From the NCBI GenBank assembly GCA_043808325.1, contig JAZDEY010000037.1, forward strand, positions 19,623 to 83,622: DNA of 64,000 nt. The letters run 5' to 3'. Positions 44,853 through 54,535 of this stretch are shown here, piece after piece. The translations under genes were made by a program, and so were the position numbers. The stretch comes from Candidatus Eiseniibacteriota bacterium (GTDB lineage Bacteria; Arandabacterota; Arandabacteria; Arandabacterales; Arandabacteraceae). Under the pieces are notes generated by a model. It ran no database searches and was not told the DNA's origin. It saw only the letters and a program-made list of their open reading frames with translations. Numbering within the stretch: position 1 is the first letter of the stretch; each line of letters begins with the position of its first letter.

Positions 44853-46175
44853 CTACGCTCCGGGCAGAAGATGCCTTCTTAGCATTGCCTCGACACACTT
44901 CTTTGCTATGCCCTTCTTCTCCTCGACCGCGCGGATCGCTGCCCGTCCGATGTCGTTGCGCTGGTCATCCCTGGATAGGATGCGGGCAACCGTCTCGCCG
45001 AGGTCGGCCTCAGTCACAACGAAGGCACAGGAGCGAGACGTCAGATACCGGATATCGTCTTTGATGTTCTGGATGTGCGGCCCGACCATGGTCACACAGC
45101 CCTGTGATGCCGGTTCCAGGGGATTATGCCCGCCAAACGGCCTGAATGTGCCCCCCACAATGGCAATGTCGGATATCGCATAGGTCTCCAGCAGGCGCCC
45201 CATTTGAGCCAATATCAGGACCTCAGGTACCGCCCCCGTGCTTGGGGGCAACCTCAGCTCGGCTAGGGTTATCGAGCTCAGGCCTACGCTGCGGCAGACC
45301 TGCTCGACCTGAGGCACAAGCTCCAGATGCCGCGGCGCGATCACTAGCCGCGCCAGGGATCCGATCCGGGAATCCGCGAGCGCCTTGAGAACAATCTCGC
45401 ACTCTCCCTCTCGCGCCGAGCCGAAGGTCACGACTCTGGTGGCCTCCCCGATGTTGAGAGCTCGGCGGATAGCCATGCGGGCCTCGCAGTCAAGGGGCGC
45501 CGGCAGGATGTCGTATTTGGTGTTGCCCGCAACCTCTACTCTTTCGGGCTCAGCCCCCAGAGAGATCATCCGGGTTGCATCGATCTCGGTGCGCATAAGA
45601 AACAGGTCGAAGCTCGCGAGCACCCCTTTCATAAACGGCCGAATCAGTCTGTACCGCGGATAGGACCTCTCCGAGATTCTGCCGTTCACGAGTACCACCG
45701 GAATGCCCTGCCTTTTCGCTTCGGCCACCAGATTGGGCCATATCTCGGTCTCACCGATCACCAGACATGACGGCTCCAGCGCCGATACGAACCTTCTGAC
45801 CGAAGGCAGGAAGTCGTAAGGAACAAGGGCTACTTCAGCATACTTGAGCGTGGCGCCGGCCCTGCGGGCCCCGCTGCGAGTCATTGTGGTCACCACGATC
45901 GGGGTCCCCGAGCTCAGAGCCCTTACCTCGGCCACCACGGGCGCAATCGTGGAGATCTCACCGACTGATGCGGCATGAAACCATATGGCCCTGCGTCCTC
46001 GCAGCGGCAGTGATTTCATTGCCAGGCGAGGCTCAAGGCTCCTCCGTGCAAGCGGGAGCAGCCAGTAGCCCAGCCAAAGGCAGGCGTACAAGGGCAACGG
46101 AAGATACCTATAGATAGCCAGCAGCACACGCGGGAGAATCGCTAAGGCCTGCCTGCGGTCGTTTGTCCGATTCAT
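44853..46175 (-). CDS. waaA: Kdo transferase
   Basis: WFHAASVGE, ETEIWPN, NGRIS, GNTKYD, APRH, GGHNPLEP. Confidence 0.95.
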   Translation of the reverse strand: MNRTNDRRQALAILPRVLLAIYRYLPLPLYACLWLGYWLLPLARRSLEPRLAMKSLPLRGRRAIWFHAASVGEISTIAPVVAEVRALSSGTPIVVTTMTRSGARRAGATLKYAEVALVPYDFLPSVRRFVSALEPSCLVIGETEIWPNLVAEAKRQGIPVVLVNGRISERSYPRYRLIRPFMKGVLASFDLFLMRTEIDATRMISLGAEPERVEVAGNTKYDILPAPLDCEARMAIRRALNIGEATRVVTFGSAREGECEIVLKALADSRIGSLARLVIAPRHLELVPQVEQVCRSVGLSSITLAELRLPPSTGAVPEVLILAQMGRLLETYAISDIAIVGGTFRPFGGHNPLEPASQGCVTMVGPHIQNIKDDIRYLTSRSCAFVVTEADLGETVARILSRDDQRNDIGRAAIRAVEEKKGIAKKCVEAMLRRHLLPGA

Positions 46176-47305
46176 TTCGCCATGAGCAACAGAGCCACTT
46201 CTGCAGCTTTCCTCGTAGCGCCCCCCGGACCGAGCTTGGACCTCACCTGGCCAAGCCGCTCGATGATGCCGCTGCGTCTCGCATCGTCACCAAGTATACT
46301 TGCTGCCTCGGCGGCAAGGGCTTGGGGATTGACCTCAGCCTGGATGAACTCCGGCACTATCTCGTCTCGGGCCACAAGGTTCACAAGCGAAATATAGGGG
46401 ACCTTCACTATAACCCTCCCCAGAGCCCAAGAGAAGAGCGCCAATCTGTAGATCACGATCATCGGGGTGCCAAGCAGCGCGGCCTCGAGGGTGACGGTGC
46501 CTGAGCAGGTTATGGCGAGGTCGCTGTAAGCGATCGCCTCGTATCTGAGATCGGTCGTAATCCCTATGTCAGCACCCGCCCTGCTTATCTCTTGAGTAAT
46601 CATGGCTTCGAAACCAGGCAACGTAACCATGACAAAGTCGACGTCACTCAATTTGCTGCCGAGGTCGGCAGCTGCACTTATCAGCGGCCTGAGGTGCTGC
46701 CTTATCTCCTGATGGCGACTTCCGGGCAAGAGGGCAACAAGCCGCCTGGTCGGATCGTGCCCGAGGCGTTTGAAGGATTCCGCCCGATCCAGTCGGGTCT
46801 TTACGATATCAATCAGGGGGTGTCCCACGTAGGTCGCATCGACGCCTTCCCTGCGGTAGAGCTCCTCCTCAAAGGGTAGGATCACCACCATCTTGTCAAC
46901 GCTCCGGCGTATCAGCTTTATCCGATTCCTGCCCCACGCCCAGACCTGTGGTGAGACGTAATACATAACCTTTATGCCCAGCTCTTTGGCGAAGCGTGCG
47001 AGCCGCAGGTTCATTCCGGGATAATCCACCAGCACAAGCAGATCGGGGTTTTGGCTTGCGATCTCGGCTTTCACGCGATTGAAGGCCCTACGCAGTCTCC
47101 TGAGGTGCACGATCGCCTCCCAGATACCGACCACCGAGATCTCACTTGAGTCGAGGAAAACCTCTACTCCGGCCTTCATCATCGCCTCCCCCCCAACACC
47201 GGTCAGGGTGATGGCAGGAGCAAGACGCTTGATTTCGCTAGCAAGAAGCGAACCGTAGATCTCGCCCGAAGCCTCGCCGGTGACGACGATCACTCGCTCG
47301 GACAT
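46172..47305 (-). CDS. lpxB: Lipid-A-disaccharide synthase
   Basis: GEASG, DYPGMN, YVSPQVWAW, ILPFE, LPGSR, SGTVTLE. Confidence 0.96.
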   Translation of the reverse strand: MSERVIVVTGEASGEIYGSLLASEIKRLAPAITLTGVGGEAMMKAGVEVFLDSSEISVVGIWEAIVHLRRLRRAFNRVKAEIASQNPDLLVLVDYPGMNLRLARFAKELGIKVMYYVSPQVWAWGRNRIKLIRRSVDKMVVILPFEEELYRREGVDATYVGHPLIDIVKTRLDRAESFKRLGHDPTRRLVALLPGSRHQEIRQHLRPLISAAADLGSKLSDVDFVMVTLPGFEAMITQEISRAGADIGITTDLRYEAIAYSDLAITCSGTVTLEAALLGTPMIVIYRLALFSWALGRVIVKVPYISLVNLVARDEIVPEFIQAEVNPQALAAEAASILGDDARRSGIIERLGQVRSKLGPGGATRKAAEVALLLMAK

Positions 47306-48289
47306 CTAGTCTCTCCACAATGACAGACGGGTCTCGATGTCCGCTACTATTTGAGATGCAATCGCCAGCGCCCGCACGCCTGCCTCACCCGAAACCTCAG
47401 GCGTTTTCTTACCTTCGGCACTCAGGACGAAATCCTGAATCTCCAACATCAGCGGTTCTTCATCACCGACGGGGGGCATCAGGACTTCAACCAGATCCTG
47501 CATATCAAGGCCACCGGGCGCAGAGGCAAGCACATCATCCAGGTCGTTCTTTCTGCGGTATATCTTCACATCCCGCTTCAGGAAATCCACCGAAATATAG
47601 GCGTCAGCCTGAAAGAATCTCATCTTCCGCAGACGTTCGGTGGATACCCGACTCGCGGTCAACGACACTATGGTGCCGTCGCTAAAGCAGATGCGTGCAT
47701 TCGCTATGTCAACGTTGGGCGTGAACACGGGCACCCCCACAGCCTCGACCCTTTCGGCCTCAGAGCCGACAATCGAGAGCACAAGGTCGATGTCATGGAT
47801 CATCAGGTCATGTATCACCGAAACATCGGTGCCCCTCAGGCCGAACCCTGCCATTCGCAAAGCCTCAATGAACCGGGGCTTGCGTACCCATTTCAGAGCA
47901 CTGCGGATTGAGGGCGAGAATCTCTCGGTGTGTCCCGTGCAGAGCACAGCCCTTCTCTCGCCGGCAATCCGGACGAGCTCTCTGCCCTCCTCAACCGTGG
48001 AGGCGATCGGCTTTTCTATCAGAACGTGCCGTCCCTGCTCGAGGATGCTTCGACCTACTTCGAAGTGAGAGGTGGTCGGGACAGCCAGGCTCACCGCGTC
48101 CACATCCTCAATAAGGCTGTCGAGCGATTGATAGGCCTTGGTGCAGTACGATCTGGCAATCTCATCCATCCGTGAACGATTGGTATCGTAAATACCCACA
48201 AGTTCAACGCCGGGCAATTCCCTGTATATCCGGACATGATGCTGGCCGAGCTGCCCTACGCCTACGACACCGCACTTGAGCTTCGCCAT
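47306..48289 (-). CDS. Gfo/Idh/MocA oxidoreductase, GnnA-like (UDP-GlcNAc 3-dehydrogenase candidate)
   Basis: GVGQLGQHH, IEKP, GHTERF, DLMIHDID, TASRVS; lies between lpxA and lpxB. ATG 48289 has an SD. Confidence 0.8.
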   Translation of the reverse strand: MAKLKCGVVGVGQLGQHHVRIYRELPGVELVGIYDTNRSRMDEIARSYCTKAYQSLDSLIEDVDAVSLAVPTTSHFEVGRSILEQGRHVLIEKPIASTVEEGRELVRIAGERRAVLCTGHTERFSPSIRSALKWVRKPRFIEALRMAGFGLRGTDVSVIHDLMIHDIDLVLSIVGSEAERVEAVGVPVFTPNVDIANARICFSDGTIVSLTASRVSTERLRKMRFFQADAYISVDFLKRDVKIYRRKNDLDDVLASAPGGLDMQDLVEVLMPPVGDEEPLMLEIQDFVLSAEGKKTPEVSGEAGVRALAIASQIVADIETRLSLWRD

Positions 48290-48353
48290 TGGTCCCCCCT
48301 TGATCAAAGAGCCGCCTCCGGTTTAGGCGGCCCTATCCATGTTCGTCCGGAAC

Positions 48354-49187
48354 CTAGAGCGTAATTCCCCGCTCGGACCTCTCAATGAACTCGATAAGGT
48401 ACAAGACCTCTGGAAGCAGCTCGACTTCCTGCCGTATGCGCTCGACAGCCTGTGAGACATTCAGATTCGACCGGAATATCAGTCCGTAAGCTTCTTTCAG
48501 GGCCTGCCTGGTCCCCGCAGAGAAACCGTGTCGTTTGAGCCCGACCGCATTCAGGCCATTGACCCGGGCCGGATAGCCCGCCACCATGACGTAAGGCGCT
48601 ATGTCCATGGGTATGCGGACGCCGCCTCCGATGTAAGAGTACTTGCCGATGCGGACGAACTGATGGATCACAGTGCCACCGCTCACATTCGCAAAGTCTT
48701 CGATGGTGACATGGCCGGCCATATTGACCGTGTTGGCGATCACCGTCCCGTTGCCCACAGTGCAGTTGTGGGCAACGTGAGCGTGGGCCATTATGAAGTT
48801 CCTGTCTCCAATTCGGGTCTCTTTCCCCTCACCGGTGGCACGGTGTACGGTCGCGAACTCCCGAATTATGTTACCGTCTCCTATGCGGACAAAGGCCCGC
48901 TCGCCTCCATACTTCACGTCCTGCGGCTCTACGCCTAGAACCGCCGAATGGAAGATGCGGCACTGCTTGCCTATGGAGGTCCAGCCTTCAATCAAGCAGT
49001 TGGCGCCAATGCGGGTGCCTTCAGAAACAACAACATCCGGGCCTATGATCGTGTTGGGGCCCACCTCCACCCCAGATGCAATCTGTGCCCCCGGGTCCAC
49101 CATCGCCCGCGGGTGTATCGCTGACGCTCGCCTTAGACCGGCTTCGCATCGGTCGGCATTGGGAGTTCCTTCCGGGGCCGGGATCAA
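48354..49187 (-). CDS. lpxA: UDP-N-acetylglucosamine O-acyltransferase
   Basis: IHPRA, PQDVKY, REFATVHR, AHVAHNC, HQFVRIG, GLNAVGLKRHGF; about 20-aa N-terminal extension, start uncertain. Confidence 0.95.
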   Translation of the reverse strand: MIPAPEGTPNADRCEAGLRRASAIHPRAMVDPGAQIASGVEVGPNTIIGPDVVVSEGTRIGANCLIEGWTSIGKQCRIFHSAVLGVEPQDVKYGGERAFVRIGDGNIIREFATVHRATGEGKETRIGDRNFIMAHAHVAHNCTVGNGTVIANTVNMAGHVTIEDFANVSGGTVIHQFVRIGKYSYIGGGVRIPMDIAPYVMVAGYPARVNGLNAVGLKRHGFSAGTRQALKEAYGLIFRSNLNVSQAVERIRQEVELLPEVLYLIEFIERSERGITL

Positions 49188-50533
49188 AGGATCCCGCCTT
49201 TCTCGGGAGGATTCTGCCTGTCGACAAGCATCGACAGAAGCTCGGCCTCGGCGACCAGATCGTTGCCGACGTAAGCCTTGCCCTTCATCTTACAGGTATT
49301 CATCTTCAGTTTCACCATCTCCAGATCGAATTTTACCTGATCCCCGGGAAACACCGGTTTTCTGAACTTGGCCTTATCGATTGCCATGAAGTACACGAGC
49401 TTGGTCTTGGGATTCTCCACCATAGACAGGAGCAGTACCCCGCCTACCTGCGCCATCGCTTCTATTATCAGCACCGCAGGCATTATGGGATGCCCCGGGA
49501 AATGCCCCGCAAAGAAGGGTTCGTTTATCGTAACGTTCTTCAGTCCCACAACCCGTTTGCCCTCCTCCAGGAGGAGTATCCGATCAACAAGCAGGAACGG
49601 GTACCGATGCGGCATTATCTCTTCGATCTCTTCTATCGAAAGGCTGGAAGGAACCTCCCTGACCCGTTTCCCCACAAGACCGCGCGGCTGCTCACCGAAT
49701 TGGCTCTTGAGCAGTCTCACCAGCTTTATGTTGGTGGTGTGCCCTGACCGCACTGCTATCACGTGTGCCTTTATCGGTCCTCCGACCAGGCACAGGTCCC
49801 CAAGCAAGTCCAGTATTTTGTGTCTGACGAATTCATCCGGGAACCTCAGGGGTTCCTCGTTACGGATGCCGTCGTCACTCACAACTATCGAATTCTTGAG
49901 GCTTCCACCCTTGATCAATCCTCGTTTTCTCAGCTCCTCAACTTCCTTCAGCAGTGAGAATGTCCGTGCCGGAGCAATCTCCTTCTCGAAGACGTCTTCC
50001 GAAATATCAAACGAGGCGTATTGGGTTCCGATCTGGGGGTGGTCGTAATGGACCGTGAAGGTTATCCTGAGCCCGTCGAACGGAAGGGCCATGATCTCCA
50101 CCCCGTTTTCGGAGAACCCCACCGGCGACTTGACCTCGAGGTAGCGCTTGGGATCAGGCTGGTCAACCAGACCTGCGCGTTTGAGGATTTCAACGTAAGG
50201 CGCGCTTGATCCATCGGGTTCGGCAGGCTCCGGCCGATTGAGCTCTATGGTCAGGTTGTCAATCGCGAGGCCGTGCACCGCCGCAAGAACGTGCTCCACG
50301 GTACTAATGGTCACATCGCCCTTCCGCAGGACCGTTCTCCGCGAATGATCGCTCTCGGACGCGTTGGCCACATCAGCTCTAATCTCAGGACGCTCAGGAA
50401 CGTCGGTCCTAATGAACTTTATACCGGAATTCGGCGGGGCGGGCTTGAAAACCACCGTAGTCTGCTCTCCCCCATGTAGCCCCACACCCGAAAAGGTAAC
50501 CTCAGATCCGATCGTTCTCTGGTTGGCGATCAT
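49184..50533 (-). CDS. lpxC-fabZ: Bifunctional LpxC-FabZ
   Basis: QRTI, GVGLHGG, TVEHVLAA, HKILDLLGD; then PHRYPFLLVD, GHFPGHP, EAMAQ. Confidence 0.96.
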   Translation of the reverse strand: MIANQRTIGSEVTFSGVGLHGGEQTTVVFKPAPPNSGIKFIRTDVPERPEIRADVANASESDHSRRTVLRKGDVTISTVEHVLAAVHGLAIDNLTIELNRPEPAEPDGSSAPYVEILKRAGLVDQPDPKRYLEVKSPVGFSENGVEIMALPFDGLRITFTVHYDHPQIGTQYASFDISEDVFEKEIAPARTFSLLKEVEELRKRGLIKGGSLKNSIVVSDDGIRNEEPLRFPDEFVRHKILDLLGDLCLVGGPIKAHVIAVRSGHTTNIKLVRLLKSQFGEQPRGLVGKRVREVPSSLSIEEIEEIMPHRYPFLLVDRILLLEEGKRVVGLKNVTINEPFFAGHFPGHPIMPAVLIIEAMAQVGGVLLLSMVENPKTKLVYFMAIDKAKFRKPVFPGDQVKFDLEMVKLKMNTCKMKGKAYVGNDLVAEAELLSMLVDRQNPPEKGGIL

Positions 50534-51564
50534 GGCTTGAGTCTTTCCTCCAGATTCTTGATACGCTCCCCAAGATCCGCGACCTTCTTGAAAAGATCAG
50601 GAAGCTTCTGCAGGCTGGCGTAGATCTTGTTAGCCTGGCTGTGCTCTCGAGCGGGATAGCCCGACACCGTCATGCCGGCCGCTATGGACTGGGCCACGCC
50701 CGCCTGCGCGGCCACCACTGCCCCATCCCCGATCTTTAAGTGCCCTCCCACCCCAGCCTGGCCCGCCACGGTCACACCATTTCCTAACTCGGTGCTACCC
50801 CCGATCCCCACCTGGGCTATGAGAATGCAATTCTCGCCGACCGCCACATTATGTCCTATCTGCACAAGGTTGTCAATCTTGGTGCCCCTGCCTACCAGCG
50901 TGGTTCCTGTGGTTGCCCGATCTATCGCGACGTTCGCACCGACCTCCACGTCATCCTCGATCACCACGTTGCCTATTTGCGGGATCTTCCTGTAGATCTG
51001 ACCGTCCCTGGCAAAGCCGAAACCGTCGCTTCCGATCACGGCTCCACTGTGCATTATGACCCCGTTTCCGATTCTTATCTCCTCACGGATCGTAACGTTG
51101 GGATAGATGATACAGTCTTTCCCCAGGCGGGTATCCCGACCGATATAGGTGCCGGCCAGCACGGCCGTCCCGTCTCCTATCACCACCCCGGCCTCGATCA
51201 CCACATGGGCGCCCACGTGAACGCTAGAGCCGATCGACGCGCTGCGGGCGACGACGGCAGTCGGATGGATCCCGGGGGAATTCCGGTTCTTACTGGGGAA
51301 AAAGAACTCTACAGCCTTTATGAAGGTCAGATAAGGATTGTCACTGAGAATCAGAGCCTTCGACCCACAGGTGCTGCCCCGGGGCACAATCACGGCCGAG
51401 GCCCTGGTGGTACGGAGGAACTCCTCGTACCTGGGATTGGCCAGAAAAGTGATCATGCCCGGGCCGGCTTCCCGTATGCCGGCTACCCCAGCAATCACGG
51501 TCGATCCATCGCCGGACACGTCACCGCCGATGATGCTTGCTAACTCCCGGAGCGCAATTTCCAT
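50530..51564 (-). CDS. lpxD: UDP-3-O-acylglucosamine N-acyltransferase
   Basis: ITFLANPRY, GSDGFGF, KIPQIG, IDRAT, KIDNLVQIGHN. Confidence 0.96.
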   Translation of the reverse strand: MEIALRELASIIGGDVSGDGSTVIAGVAGIREAGPGMITFLANPRYEEFLRTTRASAVIVPRGSTCGSKALILSDNPYLTFIKAVEFFFPSKNRNSPGIHPTAVVARSASIGSSVHVGAHVVIEAGVVIGDGTAVLAGTYIGRDTRLGKDCIIYPNVTIREEIRIGNGVIMHSGAVIGSDGFGFARDGQIYRKIPQIGNVVIEDDVEVGANVAIDRATTGTTLVGRGTKIDNLVQIGHNVAVGENCILIAQVGIGGSTELGNGVTVAGQAGVGGHLKIGDGAVVAAQAGVAQSIAAGMTVSGYPAREHSQANKIYASLQKLPDLFKKVADLGERIKNLEERLKP

Positions 51565-51569
51565 CCCGT

Positions 51570-52109
51570 CTACTGTCCACCGGTGGATTGGCCCGCCTGC
51601 TTGGTCTCCTCCAGTACCTGCAGCACCCGGTCAGTGAGATCAAGCTCCGGCTGCGAGTAAACCACAATGCCGGCTGCCGAGTCCAGAACTAAGTCAAACC
51701 CTTCCTTGCCGGCGACGATCTTTGCTGCCGCTTCTATGGCGGCAACTATCGGTTTGGTCAGATCCTCGTTTCTTTTCGCCGCCTTGAGTTCGGCATCCTG
51801 GCGGAACTTGAGATAATCCTGCTGCTTCTTCTCGAATTCGACTCTCTGTTCTCTGAGCCGCTCCTCGCTGAACAGGTACTTCCTGGCCTCCAGCGTATCC
51901 GAGAATGCCTGGAGATCCTTCTCCATGGTGGTCACCTGCTTATTGAGGTCATCCATCTCCTTCTCATACGCGCCCTGAGCCTCCTTGGCGCCGGAATACT
52001 GCTCAAAGATCAAGGTGGCATTCACAAAACCGATCTTGCCCTCCGCGCCATAAGCGCACAGAGGAACCAGGATCGTGGCGGCCACTAACGCGCCCAACAA
52101 CCTCTGCAT
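51570..52109 (-). CDS. skp: Skp/OmpH periplasmic chaperone
   Basis: Signal peptide, KIGFVN, coiled coil, GFDLVLD, DLTDRVL. Confidence 0.9.
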   Translation of the reverse strand: MQRLLGALVAATILVPLCAYGAEGKIGFVNATLIFEQYSGAKEAQGAYEKEMDDLNKQVTTMEKDLQAFSDTLEARKYLFSEERLREQRVEFEKKQQDYLKFRQDAELKAAKRNEDLTKPIVAAIEAAAKIVAGKEGFDLVLDSAAGIVVYSQPELDLTDRVLQVLEETKQAGQSTGGQ

Positions 52110-52141
52110 TTCTTCCGTCCTCCTTCTGACGATCCAACGCT

Positions 52142-54535
52142 CTACAACCCGCTCATCCCGAACTGGAAGTGGGTCTTCCAGCCCGGCCCTCCGAAGGACT
52201 GATCCCGATCGAAGCCATATCCCACGTCAAGACCTATCTGGCCGACCATCGGTATCTCAATCATGAATCCGAAGCCCGCCGACCTCTTAAGCAACCCCGG
52301 CCGTGACGCCCTGACGCTGTTCCAGGTATCACCGGCGTCCAGGAATCCTCTCACAAAGGCCTGGTTCTTGATCACCGGGACTCTGTACTCCAGGGAACCT
52401 ATCAGCATGAACCTTCCACCCTGGTCGCTGGCATTGCCCTCCGGCACAAGCTCTCTATCATCATAACCTCTGACACCCTCCGTGGTGGTTCCTCCGAGCC
52501 GAAAGCGCTCGTAGACAGGCATATAACCCTTGCTGCCCAGGCCATCAAGCAGCCCGGTCTTGACCCTGAATATCAGAACCGAATTGAGCAGGGGCACAGC
52601 CATGAAGTTGGAGGTCTCAACGGTGTAGATCTGATAGGCCGTTGTCCCTCCGAGCCAACCACCGGCCCACTCGGCATCGAAGTTGGTGCGGGAGCCTGCC
52701 CTTGGAAAGAAGGGATTGTCGACGCTGTTCCGCACCAGGGTAACGTTGGTGCTGGAGGTTGTGCGCTTCCCGGCCTGGCTCTTAACGAATTCGCTGGCCT
52801 TGGTTGCGTCGGGCACGAGCTCTCGCCGTTCCAGGCTATACCTCACGTAAACCTTGGAGTAGTCGATGAGCGAGAATCTGCGGCCGGTCACCAGGCCGAA
52901 TCCACCGCGCTTGTCGGCATAGGTCTCGTATTCCCTGCGGGTATCGTAGATGTCGATGCCTACCAGGGTGGGCCGATCGCGGAACCAAGGATTCCGGTAC
53001 CCCAGCTCAATCTGGGTCAGCCTCCCGAATTCCCACCTCAGGTTCAGCGATTCACCCTTGCCCAGACCCAAGTAGGGCGGCTTCCTGAACCACCCCATGT
53101 TGTTGTGCGAGAATTCAATGAAACCGGTCAGACCAAACTCCTCGCTGTAGCCTGCTCCCACGTTGGCAATGCCGGTCTGGCGTTCCTTGACCTTAAGTAT
53201 CAGGTCGATGTCACCCTGCTCATTGGCCACGCGGGAATTGACCTGGACATCATCGAAATAACCAAGATTGAAGAGGTCCCGGTGGCTCCTTTCCACAACC
53301 GATCGCCTGAGGATGTCCCCGGGCCTGATCAGAAGCTCCCGCCTTATGACCTTCTCCAATGTCGTCTCATTGCCCTCGATCACTATTTTCCCAACGTGGA
53401 CGGCACGGCCCGCCTTGACTGAGAGGGTGAGGTTCACGCTGTCCGCCTGGACGCTCTCGACCGGCTCAATCTCGCCATAGACATAACCCTGATCGCCCAG
53501 GGTCGAATACATGGCCTCCAAAGTCTTATCGAGATTGGCCGCACTGTACGGCTTATTCAGTTCAAGCCGGACCGACTTTTCGAGTGCCTCCTCGGATATC
53601 TTGCCTTCAGAGTCCTCGTCCTCGACCAGGTCAATCTTCACACCCTTGAGATAGACCCTCCGGCCTTCGTCCACGGTCACAGTGAGATCTGCAAGGCCTT
53701 TGGCCTGGTTCACGTTGACCTCGTGAGCTGTGACCCTGGCATTGATGAACCCCTGATCTCGGTAAAGCCGCACTATCTTGTCCACATCTGAGTCGTACTT
53801 CTCGGGTTTAAAATCCTGTTTTCCCCGAAGTATCCTCTTCTCCTTGGTCTCCATCACTTTCTTTATGGCGCCACTCGCGATCGACTTGTTGCCCTGGACC
53901 GCAATCTTGTGGACTTTTAGTTTGATCCCTTCCGCAATCTTAAAGGTTATGGCCACGGTTCCGGAGCTTGCCGGTGTCACCTCCGGTGTCACATCGACAA
54001 GGTAAAAGCCATTCTCTTTGTAAAGAGCCTTGATGGCGCCCACGCTCTCATGAACCAGCCGCTGGTCCAGCGAGGACCCGATCGCAACCGCGACCTTTGC
54101 TGTCACGTCCTGTTTCTTGATCTTGGAGTGCCCGGTGACCTTTATTGATGATACTACCGGTCTCTCCACTACCTCGATCGTAAGCTGTTGGCCGGTCGGG
54201 ACGGTCTCAAGGTAGAGCCGCACATCATCGAAGAAACCCATTCTAAAGATGCGCTCCAGCGCCGTTCTTACCTCTTCATAGGGATAGACCTTCCCGGGGT
54301 CCAAAGCGAAGGTATTGAGAATCGCAGCCTCGTCCGTCCTCAGATTGCCGGCAACTCGAACACCTGCGACCGCCACCTCTTCAGGCGCGGCATGGGAAGG
54401 CTTCGCAGCCACCAGTAGCATGCAGACCAGGACGAGGCCTAAGAGGGCAGCCCACGGCCTCGCAGGGGCAAATCTCCATGAACCAGAGCATCTAGTCAGC
54501 CATAGATCACTCGAGCTCCTTCTCCTCAAGCTCAT
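52142..54535 (-). CDS. bamA: Outer membrane protein assembly factor BamA
   Basis: Signal peptide, POTRA repeats (GNLRT, GNETTLEKVIRRE), FRLGG..VRGY loop 6; start uncertain. Confidence 0.93.
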   Translation of the reverse strand: MSLRRRSSSDLWLTRCSGSWRFAPARPWAALLGLVLVCMLLVAAKPSHAAPEEVAVAGVRVAGNLRTDEAAILNTFALDPGKVYPYEEVRTALERIFRMGFFDDVRLYLETVPTGQQLTIEVVERPVVSSIKVTGHSKIKKQDVTAKVAVAIGSSLDQRLVHESVGAIKALYKENGFYLVDVTPEVTPASSGTVAITFKIAEGIKLKVHKIAVQGNKSIASGAIKKVMETKEKRILRGKQDFKPEKYDSDVDKIVRLYRDQGFINARVTAHEVNVNQAKGLADLTVTVDEGRRVYLKGVKIDLVEDEDSEGKISEEALEKSVRLELNKPYSAANLDKTLEAMYSTLGDQGYVYGEIEPVESVQADSVNLTLSVKAGRAVHVGKIVIEGNETTLEKVIRRELLIRPGDILRRSVVERSHRDLFNLGYFDDVQVNSRVANEQGDIDLILKVKERQTGIANVGAGYSEEFGLTGFIEFSHNNMGWFRKPPYLGLGKGESLNLRWEFGRLTQIELGYRNPWFRDRPTLVGIDIYDTRREYETYADKRGGFGLVTGRRFSLIDYSKVYVRYSLERRELVPDATKASEFVKSQAGKRTTSSTNVTLVRNSVDNPFFPRAGSRTNFDAEWAGGWLGGTTAYQIYTVETSNFMAVPLLNSVLIFRVKTGLLDGLGSKGYMPVYERFRLGGTTTEGVRGYDDRELVPEGNASDQGGRFMLIGSLEYRVPVIKNQAFVRGFLDAGDTWNSVRASRPGLLKRSAGFGFMIEIPMVGQIGLDVGYGFDRDQSFGGPGWKTHFQFGMSGL

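Noticed and set aside
52142-52175. BamA ending in GMSGL instead of a terminal aromatic residue
   Set aside because: The HFQFG beta-signal is present just upstream; likely lineage variation.
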